Part shown: one piece after another, positions 16,829-25,517 of the stretch
Numbering within the stretch: position 1 is the first letter of the stretch
How the letters are laid out: each line of letters begins with the position of its first letter
From: an uncultured Anaerolineae bacterium
Lineage (GTDB): Bacteria; Chloroflexota; Anaerolineae; CAYNKW01
Direction of reading: 5' to 3'
Length of the DNA: 42,554 bases
NCBI GenBank assembly: GCA_964453885.1
Contig: CAYVPU010000001.1
Coordinates: forward strand, 1-42,554
Translations under genes and position numbers: made by a program
Notes under the pieces: generated by a model
What the model saw: only the letters and a program-made list of their open reading frames with translations
The model's database searches: none
Told to the model about the DNA's origin: nothing

Positions 16829-18151
16829 ATGCGCATCTTGATCCTTACTCCCCAAGTGCCCTACCCACCCCGGCAGGGCACGACCATCCGCAACTTTAAC
16901 CTGATCGCCCAACTGTCTGCCCGGCACGAGGTGCATCTTTTGACCTTTGTCGAGAAGGAAGGTCAGTTAGCTGGGGCTGCGCCGCTGCGCGAATGTTGCG
17001 CCAGCATACAAACTGTCGTCGCCCCACAACGTCGGGTGTCAATGCGCCTCCGTGACCTGTTCCTGACGTCCCACCCGGACATGGCCCTCCGCTTGCGTTC
17101 GCCGGCCTTTCAGCGGGCACTGGGCGAGGTCGTTTCGCGCCACCCCTTTGACGTGATCCAGGTCGAAGGCATCGAACTGGCCCAGTACGCCCTCTGGCTG
17201 CAGGGCCACCGCCCGCCTGGGTTGCCGTCTTTGCCCTCTCCCCTCTCTTCTGATAGCCGGCCTCTCCTGGTCTTTGACGATCACAACGCCGAATACGTCC
17301 TCCAACAGCGCGCCTTTGAGATCGATTTGCGCCAGCCGGGCCGGTGGATCGGGGCGGCGTATTCGTTCGTCCAGTGGCGGCGTCTGCGTCGCTACGAAGC
17401 CCTCGTCTGCCACGTTGCCGACCGCGTCGTGGCTGTCTCGGAAGCCGACCGTGACGCTCTGCGCGCCCTGGCGCCGGGTCTGGACGTGGCCGTTGTACCC
17501 AATGGCGTTGACGTGGGCTATTACACCGGCTACCGCCCCGATCCAGCGACCTTGCCGGACGTGGGGAGCAGCGCTCCTTCGATCGAGCTTATGCCGAGCG
17601 AGGCCGAGGGACTTGGGGCAGGCCTGGTCTACGTGGGCAAGATGGATTTTCGGCCTAACGTGGACGCCATGCTCTGGTTCGCCGAGGCTATCTTGCCGCT
17701 CATCCAACGGGAGGTGCCGCAGGCCAGGCTATACATCGTGGGCCTGAAACCTCACCCACGCCTGCGCACGCTGGCTGGCCGGCCAGGGATCATCATCACC
17801 GGCGGCGTGCCAGATGTGCGCGCTTACCTCGCCCCGGCAGCGGTCGCCGTCGTGCCACTGCGGATGGGCGGCGGCACGCGGCTCAAGGTGTTGGAGGCCA
17901 TGGCTATGAGCAAAGCGGTCGTCTCCACGACGGTCGGCTCTGAGGGGCTGAGTGCAAGGTCGGGGCAGGAACTGCTCATCGCCGACGCGCCGGCCGACTT
18001 TGCCCGCGCTGTCGTTGCGCTGCTCCGCGATCCGGCGCGTCGGGCTGCCCTGGGTCAAGCCGCCCGCACATTCGTGTCACAGCGGTTCGATTGGCCAACG
18101 ATCGTGCCACGGCTGGAAGCGGCGTATAGAACTAACACGGCCCCGGCATAG
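16829..18151 (+). CDS. Glycosyltransferase family 4 (GT-B fold) with insertions
   Basis: Start set at ATG 16829 (MRILILTPQVPYPP). GT4-like C-terminal motif GGTRLKVLEAMAMSKAVVST. Pro/Ser-rich insertions are present in both halves. Confidence 0.8.
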   Translation: MRILILTPQVPYPPRQGTTIRNFNLIAQLSARHEVHLLTFVEKEGQLAGAAPLRECCASIQTVVAPQRRVSMRLRDLFLTSHPDMALRLRSPAFQRALGEVVSRHPFDVIQVEGIELAQYALWLQGHRPPGLPSLPSPLSSDSRPLLVFDDHNAEYVLQQRAFEIDLRQPGRWIGAAYSFVQWRRLRRYEALVCHVADRVVAVSEADRDALRALAPGLDVAVVPNGVDVGYYTGYRPDPATLPDVGSSAPSIELMPSEAEGLGAGLVYVGKMDFRPNVDAMLWFAEAILPLIQREVPQARLYIVGLKPHPRLRTLAGRPGIIITGGVPDVRAYLAPAAVAVVPLRMGGGTRLKVLEAMAMSKAVVSTTVGSEGLSARSGQELLIADAPADFARAVVALLRDPARRAALGQAARTFVSQRFDWPTIVPRLEAAYRTNTAPA

Positions 18152-18162
18152 TACCGGGGCCG
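18138..18162 (+). terminator. Hairpin terminator candidate in a convergent gap
   Basis: CGGCCCCGG (18138..18146) / CCGGGGCCG (18154..18162) with a 7-nt loop that overlaps the TAG stop. It is followed by CGAACGUUUUCCC. Confidence 0.45.
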
Positions 18163-18196
18163 CGAACGTTTTCCCGCCGCTACGAGTGCCAAAAGC

Positions 18197-20026
18197 TCAC
18201 GGACTGATCACCAGCGGCGCCTCGCTGTACCATCCCGCGACGTTGAGACCATCGTCTGCCTCGGCGTAGATGTAGTAAGATCCGGAAAGACCAGAGGGGA
18301 TAGTCCACCGGTATACGTTTTCGGTGGGTGCTTCTGGATCATAGTTTCTAACAACCAGGGGCAGATAGATGAAATGAGGGCCGGGGGGCGGCGTGCCACC
18401 ACCAGTGCCTGGCGCCAGGATGGCGATAGTGTCCACGAAATTATCGGGGTCCTGGTCGTCATCGTATTTCAGGGTAATGGTCATTGGGCGGTCGCTGGCC
18501 TGGAGAGTCCACTCGATGTCGTAGTCACCGCTGGCCTGGGCAGTCGGGTCGGCGGTGAGCAGCACATAGTCCACGTGTATGTCAAAGTCGTTGGTCCCTG
18601 CCTCCATGAAGTCAAAACGCAATCCTGTCTTGGTCCCTGTCCAGCCGGGGCCAGGTCCGGGAGCCCCGTCCAGGTACCCTTGGGAAAGATCCACAGTATA
18701 GGTGTTCCATCCCTCCCAGATGATGACGTCGTTGAGCGTGTTCATATCCCTCGTATGGTCGTAGGGGTATTCAACAAAGTAGTGAAAGCGGGTGACCCAA
18801 CCATTTGCGGAGATCAGACGATCGTAGCTGTTCGTCCAGTCTCCTTCAGCGTGCCACCGCCAAGTGAGGTATTTGTATTTGCTGGCGTCTATAGGTTTCT
18901 TTACCTTCACCAACAAGTAGATGAAACTCTCCGCGCTAACCACGCGAGCGTGCATCTGTCCGTCGAAGGAGACGTTGTTCAGGCCATGCCACGTCCAGTC
19001 CCAGATGCCGTCACTCAGCACGTCGTTCCAACCATCCATGTCCCAGGGATTGTCCACCACGGCTGTGGCATAGTCTTCCCCGCTGGTCATACTGGGCGCA
19101 GAAAAGTCGAGAATGGGCGCTGGCACGACGGTCAGCGGTCCGCTGCTGTAAGCACCGTCGCCGGGGTCATCATCGCTGTGCTTGATGTAGATGTAATAGT
19201 CGCCCGGCGGGAAGGCTGCCGTCTTCCAGGTGAAACTGCCGTCGTCGGGTTCGTTGACGGCGATCTGGGCAATGGTGCCGTTGCTGAAATTCGTGTCGTC
19301 GTCGCAGTAGATGTCCACCGTCCCACTGTCAGGGCCAGTCCAGGTGACCTCAAAAGTGGGAGAAGTGTCGGGGTCGGTCAGGCGTATCCAGTCGAACTGA
19401 ATCTCGCCGCCCGCTGCCTCCGGAAAGATTCGCAGGCCCTGCATCTGCCCACTCCAACCACTGCCCAAGGTCGTGGTGTAGACGTTCCACCCCGCGTAGG
19501 CATCTCTTGTCCCAATCGTATTCTCCCCATCTGCAATCAAGCCAGCGAAGGACGTCAAGTAATATTCTGTACTGCTTGGAGGGAGGTGCAGGCGAAAGCT
19601 GAGTTGGCTGTAGGTGTCTGCGTCAATGGGGTACTGGGTTCCGATGGGGCCAATGTTGGCGGCACCCGTGTTAAAGCCGGGATATTGAATAAACACACTG
19701 CCGGTGCTAGCCCACGAACCCCCACCGTCGGCAAAGGTGCCTTGCCAGATCCCGTCGGACACAGAGATGTCGCTGACGTATACCTGCCAACGGAGATCCA
19801 GGCGGTCGTTCATATCCCGAGGGTCACCCAGGACCCGGGTGAAAAAGTCGTCTCCCTCGGGAATGACATCGGTGGTCGCGCCTGAGGGGCTGGTGACATC
19901 CACGGTCGCCTGAGTGCCAATGGACGCGGCGAAGGACGGTTGCCAGCTTTCTCCTCGGCCAACGGCCACAAGAAACAGAAAGCAGATCAACAAGCCAACA
20001 GTTCGCCAGTGCGGTCTCTGTCCCAT
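18197..20026 (-). CDS. Secreted beta-rich protein with two tandem (jelly-roll-like + Ig-like) modules
   Basis: Start set at ATG 20026 with a GAAAGGAAAGGG purine tract upstream (ORF-track 20056 is TTG). Signal peptide MGQRPHWRTVGLLICFLFLVAVG. The internal duplication is visible as FDWIRLTDP...GDYYIYIKHSDDDPGDGAYSSGPLTVV versus VDYVLLTADP...GSYYIYAEADDGLNVAGWYSEAPLVIS. Confidence 0.7.
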   Translation of the reverse strand: MGQRPHWRTVGLLICFLFLVAVGRGESWQPSFAASIGTQATVDVTSPSGATTDVIPEGDDFFTRVLGDPRDMNDRLDLRWQVYVSDISVSDGIWQGTFADGGGSWASTGSVFIQYPGFNTGAANIGPIGTQYPIDADTYSQLSFRLHLPPSSTEYYLTSFAGLIADGENTIGTRDAYAGWNVYTTTLGSGWSGQMQGLRIFPEAAGGEIQFDWIRLTDPDTSPTFEVTWTGPDSGTVDIYCDDDTNFSNGTIAQIAVNEPDDGSFTWKTAAFPPGDYYIYIKHSDDDPGDGAYSSGPLTVVPAPILDFSAPSMTSGEDYATAVVDNPWDMDGWNDVLSDGIWDWTWHGLNNVSFDGQMHARVVSAESFIYLLVKVKKPIDASKYKYLTWRWHAEGDWTNSYDRLISANGWVTRFHYFVEYPYDHTRDMNTLNDVIIWEGWNTYTVDLSQGYLDGAPGPGPGWTGTKTGLRFDFMEAGTNDFDIHVDYVLLTADPTAQASGDYDIEWTLQASDRPMTITLKYDDDQDPDNFVDTIAILAPGTGGGTPPPGPHFIYLPLVVRNYDPEAPTENVYRWTIPSGLSGSYYIYAEADDGLNVAGWYSEAPLVISP

Positions 20027-20098
20027 GGTGTTCCCTTTCCTTTCATGATGATCCAAAAGGGATGGCCGTTGCCGACCATCTCCCCACGCCGTTAAGAC

Positions 20099-20127
20099 AT
20101 TATACCATGTCTGTTAAAATGCGTCAA
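20099..20127 (-). promoter_or_regulatory. Near-consensus promoter for the secreted-protein gene
   Basis: On the minus strand: TTGACG (20122..20127), 17-nt spacer, TATAAT (20099..20104), with an extended TG. Confidence 0.6.
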
Positions 20128-20238
20128 TAGGTATAAAGCACCAAAGATTTATCCTGTTCGCTGGGAACGATATTCAAAGCAGGCTGTCTGAAGCTGTATC
20201 AATGGACGGACTTAAGTGGCACAACCGAGGAGAGTTCG

Positions 20239-21603
20239 TCAGGGAAGGCCAATGACGATCGGATGCCCCCAGCCTGCCCAGTCCCAACTGTTGTTGCCAC
20301 GAGGGTAGGTGAGCAAAGTGATCACAACCTCTTGACCGGCATAGCTGCTCAAGTCTATCAGTTCGTCAAACCAGCGTTGGTCGCCGGGGTTGTGCCGGGG
20401 ATCCACCGTCCGCCAATAGATCTGCTCGAAACCCTGGCCGTCATCAAGAATGACCTGAAACTCTACGCCATCTCCCTCTTCCTGCCATACTTTTGGGGAG
20501 AGGGAGACGCTGAAGGACAAGCGTGCCTCCCGTGGCAATGTCAAGTGATAAGACACTTTTGAGGGAGGGTGCATCCAGAGCACAGGTTTTTCTCCCTCCG
20601 GAGTAGAGAACCAACGAGGCGTGACGTATCCTGGATTTCCTGGCGGTGTTTCCACTACTGTGTTCTGGCTGTCTAACATGGCGATGAAATCATAGACTAC
20701 TTGAGGGCTTGCGGGGAAATCAGGGGTAATATCGCCTCTTTTCAGCTTTGTTGTACCCAATTGCCACCTATTCTGCGTCACACCTGTGATCAGGATGGTA
20801 ACTATCACGACTCCCAAAATCCCGAGGCCAAGGTTCTTTCCAAAAAGGGCAGCGTTCCAGGGTCGCCGGCCGTCCTTGGGCCAGTGAAGGGAATAAGCCA
20901 AGACCACCATGACTAGTGCGAGGTTGAGCGCGACCAGGGCTACCAGAGAGCGCCCTTGGAACAAATAAGGTTTGTACTGGCTCATTCGTCGCATCACCAG
21001 ATCGGCTCTCTCTCTCCAGGGAGCTGTCGTCAGGCGAATCACCTGGCCCAGTGCACGCAGCGACGTGGGGCGTGTGTAAAGCGCCATCACCACGTCTCCA
21101 GCAATCGCCCGTCCGTTCAGCGCCAATCTGCGCCTTGCGTCAGAAGCAGCGGACTGACGGCTGAAAACCACTGCCGGAGATTGTGCTTCCGACAAATTCG
21201 GAGCCAGAAGCCTCAGCTCCACGGTTTTGCCCGAGCTGTGTTCCAGAGGCGGAAAGCGGAACGAGTACCTCGTTGGCTCTCCGGTGTCTTGTAGAGGAAT
21301 CTCGCCAGAGTAGGCCGGCTCACCGCCCGGTGCGATCACTATGGCTGTCATTCGTTCGGCGCGGCCGGGGTTGCGCAGCCAGATGTCAACGCCGGCCAGG
21401 TCATCGGTCGGCGCGATGAAACACTGGCTGACGACGTTGGCTCCATAGATGTCGGCCAGGAAGAGCGCTGATTCGAGGGAATTGGACGCTCCCTGCACCG
21501 GCCAGGGGGAGAGAAACGCAATGCCGAACAGAATCGCGCTCATGAGGATGGTTATTACGGTTATCCAAGATTGTCGCCGTCTGACGATGGCAGTCTTTAC
21601 CAC
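20239..21603 (-). CDS. Membrane protein: TM helix, beta-domain, TM region, extra C-terminal extracytoplasmic domain (partner of the upstream GT-C)
   Basis: ORF-track start 21642 is TTG and overlaps the upstream gene by 26 nt. GTG at 21603 has AAGGGG about 10 nt upstream. Hydrophobic segments are WITVITILMSAILFGIAFL, LVALVALNLALVMVVLAY and LGLGILGVVIVTILITGV. The N-terminal domain is collinear with the 37864..38547 product. Confidence 0.6.
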   Translation of the reverse strand: MVKTAIVRRRQSWITVITILMSAILFGIAFLSPWPVQGASNSLESALFLADIYGANVVSQCFIAPTDDLAGVDIWLRNPGRAERMTAIVIAPGGEPAYSGEIPLQDTGEPTRYSFRFPPLEHSSGKTVELRLLAPNLSEAQSPAVVFSRQSAASDARRRLALNGRAIAGDVVMALYTRPTSLRALGQVIRLTTAPWRERADLVMRRMSQYKPYLFQGRSLVALVALNLALVMVVLAYSLHWPKDGRRPWNAALFGKNLGLGILGVVIVTILITGVTQNRWQLGTTKLKRGDITPDFPASPQVVYDFIAMLDSQNTVVETPPGNPGYVTPRWFSTPEGEKPVLWMHPPSKVSYHLTLPREARLSFSVSLSPKVWQEEGDGVEFQVILDDGQGFEQIYWRTVDPRHNPGDQRWFDELIDLSSYAGQEVVITLLTYPRGNNSWDWAGWGHPIVIGLP

Positions 21604-21616
21604 TTTGTTCGGCCCC

Positions 21617-23077
21617 TTACAGATAATATCTGGGCACGACAAACCCCCAGAGACAAATCAAGTTAAAAACCACTGCCCCAATGCGAAGCGCCCGGTGTCC
21701 CCAGGGTTGCAGGGGCCGTGGTAACAGCGTGAGGATACCCAGAGCCAAGAGGGACGAGTTGGCAACCAGCGAGGGCAAGAAATAGCGTCCCTGGCGAGGC
21801 ATAAAGTAACCGGTCTGGCGGGTAAAGGTGAACCCCACGATAGCCCAACTGCCTAACAATGAAAGGAGACCAACCGTCAGCAGGGCAACCTGCCACACCT
21901 GACGATTCAGTTGTCGTCGCCACAGGGTTAGAACCCAGTAGACAATCAGTCCCAAGGCAGCCAACACAATGATCCAGATTAGAACCTCATAGTAAACTGG
22001 CGCGATGCGTGTATCCAGCCAGCCAAACTGGGCCCAGTAAGAGCGGTGGAGGCCCTCTGACAGTGCGTGGCGGTACTTTTCAAGGTATTCCCAGAAAGCC
22101 AGATCAAGTGGCATGCCTTCAGCCTGTCGCTGCGTTGTGTAGAGCATCCCTCCGCCGGCGCTCAAATTGCGATATATCCACCAGCCACAAGCGCTCAATG
22201 TCGAAAGGGGAATCAGCACAGCCCTGGCAACTAACCGCCGCCAAAGCTCGCGGTCCCAGATCAGTCTCAGAATCAATGCCAAGCCGACAACAGACGTGAC
22301 GCTCAGCACGTGCGGTTTGGTCAGAACGGAGGCGCCCAGGGCTATGCCCGTTGCCAAAGCTAGATTCGCGCTCAGTCCCTCTTTAGCGATTCTCATGCTG
22401 AGATAGAGCACCGCCGAAAAGATCAGAGTCGCCAACACATCGGTGTTGATTACAGATCCGATGTGAGTGAACATGGGCTGGAACCCCACCAGCGCGGGCA
22501 CGGTCAGGTGCATAGCCTGCCGATTGGGCAAGGCCAATTTCGCCACGTGGTACGAAGTCAGCGCAGTGAGCGTTAGCAGCAACACGGAGAACACCCGTAC
22601 AGCAGTGGCGCGGCCGAGCAAGTCTGCATGATAGAACAGACGGTAGACGCCTGCCCCAAGCAAGTAATACAACGGCGGCTGATGCATCGCCGTGCTGATT
22701 TTTCCAAGCTCTACCGAGGTGCGTGTGGCCGCGGATAACGAACGGATGGCCTTCTCTCCAGGACCTTCGAAGGAATCTGAAAAAACTTGACGGTCATTTG
22801 GATGGAAAGCCACAGATATTGTCTGCATTTTATCCATGGACAGCAAGATCTCGTCAGAGTAAAAGCAGTCCGTTACTGCAGGGAGTTGGCCATGTTCGGC
22901 GATGAACGCTATCGTACCAAAGTGGCTAGGTTCATCGGGCGCCTGCCAGAGAGGCACAGCCACGGCCCACAGCACTCCATTGACAAATACCAGAATCAAG
23001 AGCACGCAAATTGCCTGTCTTTCATAGTCCAGGGAACGCAGCATTGATCGTGTTTTTTCCTTCAATCCGTCTGGCAA
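21617..23077 (-). CDS. GT-C fold integral-membrane glycosyltransferase (DUF2142-like)
   Basis: 486 aa with more than 10 predicted TM helices. The first external loop carries WQAPDEPSHFG, an acidic PDE motif as in DUF2142/ArnT-like polyprenyl-phosphate-sugar transferases. TTG start with GGAG 7 nt upstream. Confidence 0.65.
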   Translation of the reverse strand: MPDGLKEKTRSMLRSLDYERQAICVLLILVFVNGVLWAVAVPLWQAPDEPSHFGTIAFIAEHGQLPAVTDCFYSDEILLSMDKMQTISVAFHPNDRQVFSDSFEGPGEKAIRSLSAATRTSVELGKISTAMHQPPLYYLLGAGVYRLFYHADLLGRATAVRVFSVLLLTLTALTSYHVAKLALPNRQAMHLTVPALVGFQPMFTHIGSVINTDVLATLIFSAVLYLSMRIAKEGLSANLALATGIALGASVLTKPHVLSVTSVVGLALILRLIWDRELWRRLVARAVLIPLSTLSACGWWIYRNLSAGGGMLYTTQRQAEGMPLDLAFWEYLEKYRHALSEGLHRSYWAQFGWLDTRIAPVYYEVLIWIIVLAALGLIVYWVLTLWRRQLNRQVWQVALLTVGLLSLLGSWAIVGFTFTRQTGYFMPRQGRYFLPSLVANSSLLALGILTLLPRPLQPWGHRALRIGAVVFNLICLWGFVVPRYYL

Positions 23078-23111
23078 ATCGGTCTCCAGTTATGGTAGTT
23101 TCAACCACAAA

Positions 23112-24245
23112 TTAAAAGTTCTTTAGAAAAGACATGACCATCAAATAGGCCCGTAGTAGCGACTTGGGCATCTTGAAGACCAGAGCGTTGAGTCGTTTGC
23201 TGAGTGACAGGCGGTAATTGAGCAACACCATGGCGGCTGCCAGGTAGTCGTTCCAGTGGGATCGCCACGTCCCGTCATACCTGATCTTGAAGCCGAACAA
23301 CTGGCTCAACCGGACTCTGGCTGCTTTGCCGCGTTTCATGGGGATCAAACCCCGGCGTTGCGCGCGGAAAATGGTCTCCGGCGGCACTCGTTGCATAGTC
23401 AGGCAGCTCTCTTTAATCATCTGCTCTATCCAGGTGGCTGCCTGGGGGGTGCGCGCGATAGCGATGGAATGTTTGATAGGATGCTGCCTCAACTCTGGCA
23501 ACCAGGCGTCGCCGCAGGTCAAGTCGGCGTAATCCCCTATTGGGTCTTCGCAGTGCAGGCACTTTATCTCACACTCGAAATGGAGATTGCGGTAGAGACT
23601 AAAGTCTTGAAAGGGGAAACTGACCTCTTGACCATCCCGGAGCCACAGTTTTGTCTGGCCTCGCCAATGTCCCTGCCGGAAGCGCAAGTCGGCAATGTCT
23701 TGTTCCTCGAAGCCTTTTTTCCCGAGCACTTTTTTCAATAGTCCCTTGGAGGAACTGCGCCCGCACACCAGGCCGATGCGCAGCCTGATCTTTTCCGCCA
23801 GGACCGGATCCCGCGCCTCCCAGCGACGGAGTCGCTGTAAATGACAGGGCAGCGCCACGATAGCCAGATGGCCTGTCACTTTTGCCAGTCGCCGGAATTC
23901 GCGCATCAGTGGAAACTCTATATAGATGCTCGATTGACCGCTGAGAATCTCCTGCCGGTTCCGGGCAATGAAAGGCTCTGCTTCGATACGATCGTCCCGA
24001 ATGACGATCCGGCTGATCAATGCTCCTTGAATGATTTCCTGTTCCAGGAGATAGATCAGCAATGCCGAAACTAGTCCTCCCGACGCCGCCTGGATTCGCA
24101 TCTCCTCCTGGCTGGCGTAGCCAAGGTAGCAGGCCTCAAACTGGCCCAGGTATCGCCGGACAGTTGTTTCATCGGGCGTGCCGAACATTTTCCCGGCGAC
24201 GCGCATCAGCAAGTCTTCGAGCCTGTAGCTTGTGTTTCTCGCCAA
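23112..24245 (-). CDS. Coenzyme F420 hydrogenase/dehydrogenase beta-subunit-like (FrhB/FdhB family) protein
   Basis: ASGGLVSALL, ALPCHLQ and CLHCEDPIGDYADLTCGDAW motifs match the FrhB N- and C-terminal domains. No N-terminal ferredoxin domain is present. TTG start. Confidence 0.75.
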   Translation of the reverse strand: MARNTSYRLEDLLMRVAGKMFGTPDETTVRRYLGQFEACYLGYASQEEMRIQAASGGLVSALLIYLLEQEIIQGALISRIVIRDDRIEAEPFIARNRQEILSGQSSIYIEFPLMREFRRLAKVTGHLAIVALPCHLQRLRRWEARDPVLAEKIRLRIGLVCGRSSSKGLLKKVLGKKGFEEQDIADLRFRQGHWRGQTKLWLRDGQEVSFPFQDFSLYRNLHFECEIKCLHCEDPIGDYADLTCGDAWLPELRQHPIKHSIAIARTPQAATWIEQMIKESCLTMQRVPPETIFRAQRRGLIPMKRGKAARVRLSQLFGFKIRYDGTWRSHWNDYLAAAMVLLNYRLSLSKRLNALVFKMPKSLLRAYLMVMSFLKNF

Positions 24246-24260
24246 TTTCAGGTTTTCCCT

Positions 24261-25517
24261 CTAGGTGTCTAGGCCATCCGCCTGAGCCACGCCGAGCAGC
24301 GATGCAGCCAGCTGGGCGTTCTGGCGGGAAGAGCGCATGACATCGGGCAAATACCGCGCGATCCTGGCGCGAACTTGATCCTCGTTTCCTGCCAGCGCCT
24401 CGAACCGCTCCAGCAGTGACGCTGTTGTGAGGCCATGGTAGCCAACGGCCCAATCCTCCAGATCGAACATGGCCAGCACTTCGCGGTATTTGTGGCTCCA
24501 GGCCGTAACCAGCACCGGCACACCTTTGGCCAGGGCTGACACCATGGCGTGAAACCGTGAGGCGATGAAATAGTCACAGTTTCCGATGATGGCACGCAGC
24601 GTGGTCGGCGGATGGTCTTTGAGCACAAGTTGGCAGTGTGACTTGTTTTCCATCAGGTCGTAGATAGTCTGGCAGGTGTTCACATCGCTCGTCCGCCCAC
24701 CTTTTTTGGACGGGTGCACGGCGTGAGCGATCAGCCAGACGCCGTAACGCCCGGAGGCAGTGATCCGGTCGGCAAAGTCAGCCAGAACCTGGCAGTAGTC
24801 AATGCCCTGTCGCTGGCAATAGGCCCTGACGACGGAACTGGCAGCGATGCCCACCAATTTTTTCCCTTCAAAACGATCTAATGCCTGTGTGGCCAGGTTG
24901 GCCTCCAGCGCGATTGTCGCGCTGGCATCGTCTAGAGCAAAAGCAGCGTCGGCGCAGAGCACCACGTTGGTCAAGCCAAGTTCATAAAGATGGCCCTGTG
25001 TGATCTCGCCCCGCGCGGCGATGACTGCCAGACGAGGCAGCAAGAGTTTCGCCAGCCGGCGATTGAGGAAGGTCCTGAACGGTCCCAGAGCCTGCGCGTA
25101 TTTCATCACCGGCTTGCCCACCAGCAAGGCCGGCAGGATGCAGGCCACGTTGTAGGCTAGCACGATCCCACGGCCATCGGAGAAGGTGATGCCACCCATG
25201 TCAATCAGCAATGCGCTGCGATGCAGCGTCGCCAGGATGCGGTTTCGGCGCAGGGGGCCTGGCGGCAGGCGGAGCCGCACTAGCAACCACCAAAGGAACG
25301 CCAGAGGCACAGCTATTAGCAAGGCCACCGGTTTGGCCGAAATGATTTCCACGCGCTCATCCCGGTTAGCCTTCCGGTCGTCTGCCGGGTAGATGCTGAG
25401 CACCCCAAAGCGCGCGTCTTTCATAAGCCTGGAAATGCTTTCCACGCCGCTTTGCAGCATAGAGGCTGCGCCCTTGTTCCCGGAGAGCGTCACACCGATG
25501 ATGGCGATCTCAGGCAT
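24261..25517 (-). CDS. Polysaccharide pyruvyl transferase family protein (CsaB/WcaK-like)
   Basis: 418 aa. The N-terminus IAIIGVTLSGNKGAASML and overall layout are typical of PS_pyruv_trans. The ATG overlaps the upstream stop by 8 nt. Confidence 0.8.
   Translation of the reverse strand: MPEIAIIGVTLSGNKGAASMLQSGVESISRLMKDARFGVLSIYPADDRKANRDERVEIISAKPVALLIAVPLAFLWWLLVRLRLPPGPLRRNRILATLHRSALLIDMGGITFSDGRGIVLAYNVACILPALLVGKPVMKYAQALGPFRTFLNRRLAKLLLPRLAVIAARGEITQGHLYELGLTNVVLCADAAFALDDASATIALEANLATQALDRFEGKKLVGIAASSVVRAYCQRQGIDYCQVLADFADRITASGRYGVWLIAHAVHPSKKGGRTSDVNTCQTIYDLMENKSHCQLVLKDHPPTTLRAIIGNCDYFIASRFHAMVSALAKGVPVLVTAWSHKYREVLAMFDLEDWAVGYHGLTTASLLERFEALAGNEDQVRARIARYLPDVMRSSRQNAQLAASLLGVAQADGLDT

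Noticed and set aside
18374-19885. 503-aa + strand ORF antisense to the secreted-protein gene
   Set aside because: Its translation is a Val/Gly/Arg-rich shadow without a signal peptide, RBS or promoter. The minus-strand frame has a signal peptide, a consensus promoter and an internally repeated domain structure.
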